Shown here: positions 17,634 to 26,043 of the stretch, piece by piece
Layout of the letters: each line of letters begins with the position of its first letter
How positions within the stretch are numbered: position 1 is the first letter of the stretch
Source: Patescibacteria group bacterium
GTDB taxonomy: Bacteria; Patescibacteriota; Minisyncoccia; Phycocordibacterales; SBAW01
Length of the DNA stretch: 41,612 nt
Direction: 5' to 3'
Assembly (NCBI GenBank): GCA_028866155.1
Contig: JAGWIT010000003.1
Span: forward strand, 1-41,612
The notes under the pieces: generated by a model
Database searches by the model: none
The model's input: the letters and a program-made list of their open reading frames with translations, nothing else
What the model was told of the DNA's origin: nothing
Program-made: the position numbers and the translations under genes

Positions 17634-17688
17634 TAGCCTCAATTCTACAGCCCCGAGCGGACAATTGAAATGGCCCTATTTAGGGCAA

Positions 17689-17907
17689 TTAGAAATCAAC
17701 GAGGTCAGAAACTCGCTTGCCAAGCGCCCGAGCGATTTTTTCCATATTGGTGAGCGTAATGTTTTTCTCCGCCCGCTCAATCATTCCGACATACGTGCGG
17801 TGCACTCTAGCAAGCTCGCCTAGCCGCTCTTGGGAGATGCCGCGCTTCAGTCGTTCCTCTCGCACGCGCTTACCAAATTGTTCCAAAATCCGTTTATTGA
17901 TGCCCAT
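17689..17907 (-). CDS. XRE-family HTH regulator (R-M controller C-protein-like)
   Basis: SQERLGELARVHRTYVGMIERAEKNITL.N..KIA.AL. Confidence 0.9.
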   Translation of the reverse strand: MGINKRILEQFGKRVREERLKRGISQERLGELARVHRTYVGMIERAEKNITLTNMEKIARALGKRVSDLVDF

Positions 17908-17926
17908 GCTCTGAAGCGTAGGCATT

Positions 17927-17959
17927 TGCTAACTTTGGGTCGACATACTATAGTTAGCA
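17927..17959. promoter_or_regulatory. Inverted repeat (candidate operator) overlapping a divergent sigma70-type promoter
   Basis: TGCTAACT-N17-AGTTAGCA overlapping TTGCTA-N17-TATAGT. Confidence 0.5.
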
Positions 17960-17963
17960 CCGT

Positions 17964-18397
17964 ATGGATAGCCCTACAGAGCCGCAAAAGCCGAAGCGGA
18001 AATGGCTCAAAGTGCTCGGTTGGACTGTGGTCGTCTTCGTTGGGGGTTCCATCCTCCTCTCCTCACTCGATAAAGCACAGCAGGACGCGGCTGCGAATCA
18101 GTCAGCACCAAACGTTCAGCAAGATGCTGCGCCAGCTCAAACCCAGCCAGCTCAAGACAATACGACTCAAACGAGCAACACCACACCGCAGGACACTGGC
18201 GACACAGGACTCGTGAGAAAGACCGTATCGGGCGTCGTCCGCACAAGCGTCATCAACTTCAACAAGGTAATGGGCATCAACCAACAGACCATCATCTTCG
18301 GCGGGGATGCGGACGCCATCAACGATGGAAGCGGCTGGTACTGTCTCGTCAATGGTGAGCAGAACTTCGCTAACACGGTCGCTGGCGACACGATACT
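17964..18397 (+). pseudogene. Single-TM exported protein (possible OB-fold), 3'-truncated by fusion to an LSR fragment
   Basis: Plausible protein up to ...NTVAGDTI, after which the frame runs out of phase over recombinase coding sequence to 18659. Confidence 0.6.
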
Positions 18398-19573
18398 CTC
18401 ACCATTCAAAACGCCCGTTCGCGTGGACTCTCCACCAATAAAGCGCCCGTTGGCTACCTCAATGAGGGCAATATGGACTGGAAGCCTAAAGACCCTGTTC
18501 GCGCTCCTATTATTTTGCAACTTGCGGAGCTTGCCGATACTGGCGAATGGAGTTTGCACGACCTCGCACGTTGGGCTATTGAGCAAGGATTTACTATGCC
18601 GCCGATGCGCCGTCGCCGAACTAAGGAGGAGATGTTGCTTGAGGAGGAAGACGATGTGAGAGTTGATATTGAAGCGATTAGCCGCCTGCCGACGTATAAC
18701 ACCATCCATAAAATCCTGACCAATCGCTACTACACGGGCAAGGTGCTTGATGAAAACCGTGAGTGGATACCAAGTACCAGCCACGAGGCAATTATTCCCG
18801 AGGAGCTTTTCAATCGTGTGCAGGAGCGGCTTGCTAAACGTAATAAAAGTGTCCATTACATAGAGGTGTTGGAGCATCCACTACGAGGATTCGCTTTCTG
18901 TGCCGTTTGTGGTCGCGTCTACACTCCGTATGTGAAGAAAGGGATTTTGTACTACGGCGCTCGTTGTTCTCGCGAGTGCACCAACTCGCTCAAGAGCTTC
19001 AACTTCGACTACCTCACAGAGAAGACTGAAGAACTGATTACCAAACTCTCGTTTACCGAGGAGGAACTTGTAGAGATTGATGCGCGGGCGAATACCGACA
19101 TCGCGCTGCTGGAGGCAAAGCGTATGAGCCAGCTCGATACGGCCGAGCGCAAGAAGAAGCAAATCCGCGAGGAGTTGGCGTATCTCAACGGCAATCGCCT
19201 CGTGCTTCTGAAAACTGGCGTGTATACGCCCGAAGGATATGTCGCAGAAGAAGCTCGGCTGACAAACGAACTCAATCAACTCAAAGATAATGAAAACGCC
19301 TCGGACGTGGCGATGCGCGAAACCATCAAAGATGTAATTTCGCTTTCCGAACTACTAAAAAACGCTGCAGTTGTTTACTCGGAGGCCGAACCCCACGAGA
19401 AAGACAGGATACTTCGTGTGATTTTTTCCGAACTCACCCTGACAGAAAATACGTTGGATTATAAGTGCAAAAAAGGATTTGCAGCGTTGCAAAGTCGTTT
19501 TGTTGCTTCTTGTGACCCCACCGGGAATCGAACCCGGATTACCGGCTTGAAAAGCCGATGTCCTAACCGTTAG
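18398..19573 (+). pseudogene. Large serine recombinase lacking the N-terminal catalytic domain; 3' end reads through the att core into antisense tRNA-Glu
   Basis: Frame extends upstream of ATG 18473 as LTIQNARSRGLSTNKAPVGYLN and is blocked by TAA at 18371. ILTNRYYTG, HEAIIPEELFNRVQ, CAVCG and a coiled coil are present; no YxRxS motif. Confidence 0.87.
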
Positions 19574-19584
19574 ACGATAGGGCC
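19513..19584 (-). tRNA. tRNA-Glu(UUC), followed by CAA rather than CCA
   Basis: GGCCCTA...TCGGC-TT-TTC-AA-GCCGG...GGTTCGATTCC...TGGGGTC-A, then CAA. Confidence 0.96.
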
Positions 19585-19763
19585 GAAGCCTCCTGTTAAC
19601 TAGGGTGGCCAATAGTTAATCGCGGGCTACGTCGCTTGTTTTATCACAAAAACGCTTAAATTAAAACCTCGTAAATAAATAATGAAGGCGTCATTCACTT
19701 TGCTTTCAGCGCACGCAAGTATGCTCTCTAGGTGAATTGGTTATTTACATAAACCTCACGAAT

Positions 19764-21179
19764 ATGAAAAAGAAATTAGTGCGCGGTGTTGGTGCGGCCA
19801 CTTTGCTTTCTTTTGCGTTTGTGTTCGCTGCGCCCATGCTGCCAGCCTTGGTGGCTGAAGCGGACGGCGGGCCGACTCTCTCCATTGGCGCGCCGGTCAA
19901 TATCCCCGGCGCAAACGTCTCCATAAGAGGCACGGGCTTTGGCGCGGGCGAGAAGGTGCTGGTGAACTTCGGCATACACGCCGCAACTGCCACCGCCGAC
20001 GGGAGCGGCAACATTTCGGGCATATCACTGCCGATACCCATTGTGCCTGCGGGCCTGCAATTTGTGAGTGCATTCGGTGAGACCACCGGACACTGGGCGC
20101 TCGGCTATGTGTGGATTGCCGGGTATGCGCCGGCGGTTTCTCCAAACGCTTGGTATGTGCTCCCGGGGCAGGCCGTCACCTTCACCGGCACGGGCTTTGC
20201 GCCGAACGAATCGATAAAAGCTGCTTACAATAATGCTGCTATCGGCAGCTCGACAACTAACGGGAGCGGCAGCTTCGTGCTCGCAGGCGTCTCGTTGCCG
20301 CTTTCGCTCCACAACACTACCGCAACCGTGACTTTCGTGGGGGAGACAAGCGACGCTTCGACATCGGCCACGCTCACTATAGGCCAACTCTACCCGTCGC
20401 TCACGCCCTCAACCTGGTACACCGCGCCGGGGAGCATCATCAGCGTCAGCGGCAGCGGCTTCGCTCCGGATGAAGCGGTGACGATTGCCGCGGGCGGAAA
20501 TGTCGCGTCGACAACCGCTGATGCAACCGGGAGCTTTACCATCGGTTCGCTCGCTCTGCCGAAGACCGCCAACACAAACGTGAGCGTGACGGCGACGGGC
20601 GCGCAAAGCGGCGCAGTCGCAACCGCATCCATAAACCTCTCAAGCCTCTCGCCGTGGCTCTCCTTCAGCACCTATTGGGCGCAAGGCGGCTCGCCGCTGA
20701 CTATCTTCGGCAACGGTTTTGCCGGCGGCGAGGCAGTGAGTATAGTATCGGGCGCACAGGCGCTCGGCACCACGACCGCGCTCGGCAACGGGAGCTTTAG
20801 TTTCGCGGGAGCGGTGCCGTTCGCGCCATCGGGGCCGGTGACTATCACCTCGACGGGCGCGAGCAGCGGAGCAGTAGGTTCGGGTACTCTCACGGTGGCG
20901 CCGGTGTACACCTCGTTTACTCTCGGCTCGTATGCGGTAACGCGCGGCACGGCGATTGAATTTATCGGCCATGGCTACTTGCCTAATGAGCCGGTCAACA
21001 TCACCACAAGCAACACGGGCAGCACCGTGGTGCTTGTGGTTACCGCCGACGGCAGCGGCAGTTTCGACAACTCAAGCTATATAATCCCCGCCGCGACAAC
21101 ACCGGGCAATATGACGGTCACGGCTACGAGCGTGCACAGCTTTGACATCAAGTCGGTGACGCTCTACGTCGGGCAATAA
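19764..21179 (+). CDS. Secreted/surface protein with five Ig-like beta repeats
   Basis: Signal peptide; five units about 87 aa apart with GxG(F/Y)xxxEx(V/I); the first, second, third and fifth also carry an (A/T)(D/N)xxG(S/N)(F/I)-like turn. Confidence 0.8.
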   Translation: MKKKLVRGVGAATLLSFAFVFAAPMLPALVAEADGGPTLSIGAPVNIPGANVSIRGTGFGAGEKVLVNFGIHAATATADGSGNISGISLPIPIVPAGLQFVSAFGETTGHWALGYVWIAGYAPAVSPNAWYVLPGQAVTFTGTGFAPNESIKAAYNNAAIGSSTTNGSGSFVLAGVSLPLSLHNTTATVTFVGETSDASTSATLTIGQLYPSLTPSTWYTAPGSIISVSGSGFAPDEAVTIAAGGNVASTTADATGSFTIGSLALPKTANTNVSVTATGAQSGAVATASINLSSLSPWLSFSTYWAQGGSPLTIFGNGFAGGEAVSIVSGAQALGTTTALGNGSFSFAGAVPFAPSGPVTITSTGASSGAVGSGTLTVAPVYTSFTLGSYAVTRGTAIEFIGHGYLPNEPVNITTSNTGSTVVLVVTADGSGSFDNSSYIIPAATTPGNMTVTATSVHSFDIKSVTLYVGQ

Positions 21180-21192
21180 GCTAATTAAAAAT

Positions 21193-22119
21193 TTATTTTG
21201 CCGCTTTGAGCCAAAAATAAATATCTTCGAGCGCTTTGACTGCGTCTCCGGCGGCTATGTTGTTTTGATGATACAGCTCGTCGGTGCAGTCTCCGGCGGC
21301 CCACACGCCGCTCATTGAGGTGTGCTGGTTTTTGGCGTCAACCTTGATGCGGTTAAATTCATCGAGCTCCACGACGCCCGTCGTGAAGCCGGTCGCGGGG
21401 AGCATGCCTATCTCGACAAAGATGCCGGCAGTGGGAACCTCGCTCACCTCGCCGGTCGTTTTGTTTTTTACCATGATGCTGCTGACAAAAGCGTCGCCTT
21501 TGACCTCAACCGGCTCGACATTTTTAAGCACTCTCATGTTGGGGTGGGCGAGCACCGCCTCGACCGTCGCGGCATCGGCGCGGTCGAAATTGTCATTGCG
21601 GTGAATAAGCGTGATGCTTTTGCAATAGGCCAAGAGTTGAGCCGCGCTTTCAAAGCCCGCGTTGCCGCCGCCGACCACCACTACGTCTTGGCCCGCAAAA
21701 AGAGGCCCGTCGCATGACGCGCAGTAGGTGAGGCCTTTATTTTCAAATGCATCGGCGCCGGGGACGGTTAATTTGCGGCGCGAGCCGCCGGTCGCGATGA
21801 GCACCGCCCGTGCCTCATATGAGCCTTTCGGCGTTTGAATCACAAAATAACCTCCCGACTTCTCGAGCTTTGTCGCGCGCTCGCCGATTTTAAGTTCGAG
21901 CACATCGCTCGCATAGGCGCGCAAATGCTTCTCGAGCGAGCGCGCGAGCTCCAAGCCCGATATCTTTTTTGTCCCTATCCAATTTTCTATCCCGGGCGAG
22001 TCGGTCGACTGTCCGCCGATGACTTCGGCGATAAAAATTGTCTTCAGCCGCTTGCGTGCGGCATACACGCCGGCGGCAACCCCCGCCGGGCCCCCGCCGA
22101 TTATCGCCAAGTCGTACAT
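21193..22119 (-). CDS. trxB: Thioredoxin reductase/AhpF-like FAD-dependent disulfide oxidoreductase
   Basis: GGGPAG, CASCDG, GGGNAG, AAGD. Confidence 0.88.
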   Translation of the reverse strand: MYDLAIIGGGPAGVAAGVYAARKRLKTIFIAEVIGGQSTDSPGIENWIGTKKISGLELARSLEKHLRAYASDVLELKIGERATKLEKSGGYFVIQTPKGSYEARAVLIATGGSRRKLTVPGADAFENKGLTYCASCDGPLFAGQDVVVVGGGNAGFESAAQLLAYCKSITLIHRNDNFDRADAATVEAVLAHPNMRVLKNVEPVEVKGDAFVSSIMVKNKTTGEVSEVPTAGIFVEIGMLPATGFTTGVVELDEFNRIKVDAKNQHTSMSGVWAAGDCTDELYHQNNIAAGDAVKALEDIYFWLKAAK

Positions 22120-22195
22120 AGGTTACAGATTACCTCGTTGCTAAGTTATTAGGAAGGGGTAGAATGGCCAAGTTCTTTAACAGGAGGCAGCTTCG

Positions 22196-22879
22196 ATGTT
22201 TTCCTCTAATCCGGTGGCACTGGTTGTAGGAGGCACCTCAGGATTAGGCGCTCAAATGGCAATACGTCTTGCCACAGCCTATGAGGTTCATATCACAGGC
22301 CGTAAGCGGCTTGTGGGGGTCAACGCCGAAAAAGTTCACTTCCATGAGTTGCGGTTAGACGATAGAGGCTCTTTGTCCGATGCGATTGGAGAGCTTGTCG
22401 AAAAATTGCCCCCCTTGAACCTTTTCGTATATGCGGCGGGTTTTTTCCAAAAGGGGGCGATTGACGATCTACATGAATCGGCCATCAGTGCGATGATCGA
22501 TGTGGGGCTCCAAGCTCCGGCTTTTTTCCTCCATCATATATTGGCGCGCCAAAGATTTCTCCAGGGATTCATTGCGATTACTTCCACTTCGCAATGGACA
22601 CCGCGTCGTGAAGAACCGATTTATACTGCAGTGAAGGCGGGACTTGGGATGCTTGCCCATTCTGTTTCACTCGATACAAGCGTCGAAAGAGTCGTGGTTG
22701 CTGCTCCTTCCGGCATGCGGACACGTTTTTGGGAACAAGATGGGCGGGATACAAGCAGCATGCTCGATCCTGATTGGGTAGCTGCTCAGATCCTCGCACA
22801 GTATAAAGGAGCATACGGGTACAAGTTCCTTAAGATCTTGCGAGATCCGCCTCGGGTCGAAGTTGCCGAAGAACGTTAA
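22196..22879 (+). CDS. Short-chain dehydrogenase/reductase
   Basis: GGTSGLG, YAAG, TSTS, YTAVK catalytic motif, PSGMRT. Confidence 0.85.
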   Translation: MFSSNPVALVVGGTSGLGAQMAIRLATAYEVHITGRKRLVGVNAEKVHFHELRLDDRGSLSDAIGELVEKLPPLNLFVYAAGFFQKGAIDDLHESAISAMIDVGLQAPAFFLHHILARQRFLQGFIAITSTSQWTPRREEPIYTAVKAGLGMLAHSVSLDTSVERVVVAAPSGMRTRFWEQDGRDTSSMLDPDWVAAQILAQYKGAYGYKFLKILRDPPRVEVAEER

Positions 22880-22881
22880 AC

Positions 22882-22920
22882 AAAAACTCGTGGATCACTC
22901 CACGGGTTTTTTCTTTTTTT
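22882..22920. terminator. Bidirectional terminator between SDR and ftsZ
   Basis: AAAAACTCGTGGA-tcac-TCCACGGGTTTTT followed by a T-run. Confidence 0.75.
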
Positions 22921-24106
22921 ACTTTATCTTCGGCCGGCGGAGAAATGACGGCACGGCGCCCCACTCGTCGTCTTCATCTTCTTTTTTGGATTTTGCAGGA
23001 GCTGGCTCTATCTCGCCGATGATAGGCGTGGGCTTCTTGATTTCTTTATCCTTAGGTTCATCCGGAGCGTTGTAGATTTTGCCGAGCGGCTTCTCATCCT
23101 CTTTGTCACGGCCAAAGGTAAACAGCGGCGTGCCGCGCGGAGCGATGCCCGCAGCAGGGAAGCCGGTTGCGATGACCGTGACGCGCACATCTCCTTTTTT
23201 GAGCTTGTCATCGCGTATCGCACCGAAGATTATCTTGGCGTTGGGGTCGACCGATTCGGTGACTATCTTCGCCGCTTCGTGGACCTCTATCATGCCGAGA
23301 TCCTCGCTGCCCGCTATAGCAAAGAGGACGCCCTTTGCACCGTTGATGGAAAGCTCAAGCAGAGGCGATGAGACAGCCGCGCGGGCCGCCGTTTGGGCGC
23401 GGTTCTCGCCCGAGGCGATGCCGATGCCCATCAGGGCCGAGCCGGCGTTCTCCATGACCGCGCGGATGTCGGCAAAGTCGACGTTGATGATGCCTGGATG
23501 GGTGATGAGGTCCGAAATGCCCTCGACCGCCTGCTTGAGGATGTCGTCGCATGCGGCAAACGCCTGTTTGAGTGTGGTTTCTTTGGCCACCGTGGCGAGG
23601 ATGCGGTCGTTGGGTATGACGATGAGCGCGTCCACCTCTTTGCGCAGCTCATCAAGCCCCTGCTCGGCGAGGCGCATGCGTTGCGCGCCCTCGAATGAAA
23701 AAGGTTTGGTGACAACAGCGACCGTGAGCGCACCCATCTCTTTGGCGGTCTTGGCGACGATTGGTGCCGCGCCGGTGCCGGTGCCGCCGCCCATGCCGCA
23801 CGCGATAAACACCATGTCGGAGCCTTTGATGGATTGCTGGACTTCTTCTTTAGTTTCTTCTGCGGCGCGCTTGCCCAATTCGGGATTCATACCGGCGCCG
23901 AGGCCGCGCGTCAGATTTTTGCCGATATGAATTTTCTTTTTGGCGAGCGAATGGTGGAGGTCCTGCGCGTCGGTGTTGATAGAGATAAAGTCGACGCCGC
24001 GGACCTTGCTCTCCATCATGTGGTTGACAGCGTTCTTGCCCGAACCGCCGACGCCGACGACGCGGATCCGTGCGAACGCTTCAATCTCCGGTTGTATTTG
24101 TGCCAT
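22919..24106 (-). CDS. ftsZ: Cell division protein FtsZ
   Basis: GVGGSG, GLGAG, GGGTGTG, INVDFAD, C-terminal VPSFLRR; ATG at 24106. Confidence 0.98.
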   Translation of the reverse strand: MAQIQPEIEAFARIRVVGVGGSGKNAVNHMMESKVRGVDFISINTDAQDLHHSLAKKKIHIGKNLTRGLGAGMNPELGKRAAEETKEEVQQSIKGSDMVFIACGMGGGTGTGAAPIVAKTAKEMGALTVAVVTKPFSFEGAQRMRLAEQGLDELRKEVDALIVIPNDRILATVAKETTLKQAFAACDDILKQAVEGISDLITHPGIINVDFADIRAVMENAGSALMGIGIASGENRAQTAARAAVSSPLLELSINGAKGVLFAIAGSEDLGMIEVHEAAKIVTESVDPNAKIIFGAIRDDKLKKGDVRVTVIATGFPAAGIAPRGTPLFTFGRDKEDEKPLGKIYNAPDEPKDKEIKKPTPIIGEIEPAPAKSKKEDEDDEWGAVPSFLRRPKIK

Positions 24107-24264
24107 AAAATAATTTAAATAGTTGCGCCTGGTAGTTGCCGAACTACTGTACCATTGGTGAAAGTCTTTGCAAACCCTTACGGGAAGCATTTTTTTGTGT
24201 CAGACTGCAAATTGGCGAACGATATAAAAATGGCTCTAACTAAGAGCCGTTTAGATTTTTGAAA

Positions 24265-25440
24265 TTACGGTAAAAACTTTTTGAACCAGCGCCAAGCTCC
24301 TTTGACCGCTTCGCTCATGCCGCTGTCGCTTGCGGGTTCGAGGTCGCTGCCTTGCAGGCCCCAAATGGTTAACCCATAGGCGACCGCCCACGAGCCGTCT
24401 TTGAGTTGCATCTTGGCGTTCTGGCTGTCGGCGAGCGATGCGACGCGCGAGGGAAGTCTGAGTATCGCCTTCGCCAAGTCGGACATCGTCTGCACCGAAG
24501 AGCCGCCGCCGGTGAGTATCACGCCGCCGGGCAAGAGCTCGTCCTTGCCTATTTTTTTTAAATGAGCTTCAACGAGCTTGAACATGTCAGACACCCGGCG
24601 CGCGATGAGGTCGTCAATTTTTTTCTTGGGGAAGGGGGCTCCCAAGACCGCGCCCTGTTTTAATTGCTCGGCCTCTTCGGGCGCTATGCGCAGGCCCAAA
24701 GCCAAGTCGTTGGTAATGTCGCTGGCGCCAACGGGGAACACCTTTACCGACACTGGCGCCATATCTTCGAACACTATGATCGACACAGTCTCCGACCCGA
24801 TGTTGCATAGGACGCACCCGACGCGCTTTTGCATTTTTGAGAGCGCGACGAAGCTTGCCGCGAGCGGCGAAGCGACGACGTCCTCAACTTCGATGCCGGC
24901 AGCCTCCACCGCCTCAACGAGGTCGCTCACGTGCCGCTCAAGGCTCGTGATAAAAAGCGTCTCGACCGCAAGCCGCATGCCCTTCATTCCGACGGGACTG
25001 CGCCCCAAGACCCGCGCGCCGTCGACATAGTAGCGCAGCGGTATCGTGTGCATCGTCCGGCGGTTGAGGAGTGAGCTGGGCGCCAGCGCCTTTTCGCTCG
25101 CGGCAATCGCTCGCGGGATGTCGCGCGCGGTAATCTCGGAGTCGCCGCGCTCAACGACCGTCTCGCCGCGGGCAAAATTCTCCTCAAGCCCGATGCCGCC
25201 GATGCCTACATAGGCTTTTTTGACCTTCACGCGAGCGGCTTTTGAGGCCTGCGACACTGCGGCCGCGACTGAGCGCGACACCTCGCCGACCGAGACAATG
25301 TAGCCCTGGCGCAGGCCGCGGGACTCGGCATAGCCCGTGCCTAAAATGCGCGGCATCTGCCGCGGGTCGTCCGGGCTTTCTGCGATTACAACTTTGACGT
25401 GATAGGTGCCGACGTCGATACCGGTGACAATTTTACTCAT
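24265..25440 (-). CDS. ftsA: Cell division protein FtsA
   Basis: GIDVGT, actin-like fold, VILTGGGS, C-terminal amphipathic WRWFKKFLP; upstream of ftsZ. Confidence 0.96.
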   Translation of the reverse strand: MSKIVTGIDVGTYHVKVVIAESPDDPRQMPRILGTGYAESRGLRQGYIVSVGEVSRSVAAAVSQASKAARVKVKKAYVGIGGIGLEENFARGETVVERGDSEITARDIPRAIAASEKALAPSSLLNRRTMHTIPLRYYVDGARVLGRSPVGMKGMRLAVETLFITSLERHVSDLVEAVEAAGIEVEDVVASPLAASFVALSKMQKRVGCVLCNIGSETVSIIVFEDMAPVSVKVFPVGASDITNDLALGLRIAPEEAEQLKQGAVLGAPFPKKKIDDLIARRVSDMFKLVEAHLKKIGKDELLPGGVILTGGGSSVQTMSDLAKAILRLPSRVASLADSQNAKMQLKDGSWAVAYGLTIWGLQGSDLEPASDSGMSEAVKGAWRWFKKFLP

Positions 25441-25759
25441 GCATGCGGAAACCGAACTTTTTTAAAAGCCGGTTTTCGATGCGTTCCATTGTAGCACCAT
25501 GTTTGCAGCCTTTTAAATGGAGGCACCCGTGGATAAACAGGTACGCGATACTAAAAGGCGGCGCCGCTTCTTTGCACAGTAAAATTTCTCCCGACGATTT
25601 TGAAAGAGGGAAGGCTAAAACGTTTGAAACTTTGCGCGTCGACGCCTTCTTATACTTCATCGCCCGCCGCATCTGCGTCGGAGACAAAAACGCGACCGAG
25701 AGGTCGTATGAGTTGCCAAGAACTTCTTTTTTAATTCTTTGAAAAGGGATGCGGCCCAT
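25433..25759 (-). CDS. ybeY: rRNA maturation RNase YbeY (short form)
   Basis: NVLAFP, GEI, HGCLHLKGCKH metal-binding motif. Confidence 0.85.
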   Translation of the reverse strand: MGRIPFQRIKKEVLGNSYDLSVAFLSPTQMRRAMKYKKASTRKVSNVLAFPLSKSSGEILLCKEAAPPFSIAYLFIHGCLHLKGCKHGATMERIENRLLKKFGFRMHE

Positions 25760-25765
25760 TGCGCG

Positions 25766-26017
25766 TTATCTTCGGCCGCGGTGTGCCGGGCGCTCCACCA
25801 TCTTGCCGAGCTTGATGAGCTCCTGCACCTCGGCGCGGCGCTTAATAACCTTGAGCGTCTGCTTGCGGCGCACTTCGCGGCTTTTGATGCGGGAGTAGTA
25901 GCGGCGATTGCGCATGCGCTGAATAAGCCCCGCGCCCTGCACGCGCTTGGAGAAGCGGCGGATGAGGTTGATGGCGTTTTCGCCGTCGTTCTTTGAGACC
26001 TCTGCGTTGGTTGCCAT
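25766..26017 (-). CDS. rpsU: 30S ribosomal protein bS21
   Basis: V.KNDGEN...LIRRFSKRV...G.....RNRRYY; highly basic. Confidence 0.8.
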   Translation of the reverse strand: MATNAEVSKNDGENAINLIRRFSKRVQGAGLIQRMRNRRYYSRIKSREVRRKQTLKVIKRRAEVQELIKLGKMVERPAHRGRR

Positions 26018-26043
26018 GCGGAGGAAATAGTAGCACGAGGGGC

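Larger units (their letters stand above)
9987..19517. mobile_element. Composite integrative island in the 3' end of tRNA-Glu, LSR-associated, now probably non-autonomous
   Basis: GTGACC core at 9987, 12960 and 19512; LSR remnant abutting the tRNA; defence-type cargo; visibly more AT-rich than the core region to the right. Confidence 0.82.

Noticed and set aside
18167-18877. 236-aa minus-strand ORF
   Set aside because: Antisense across the deletion junction of two plus-strand genes.
23079-23930. 283-aa plus-strand ORF and similar ORFs inside ftsA, rpsA and gyrA
   Set aside because: Antisense shadows of conserved genes.
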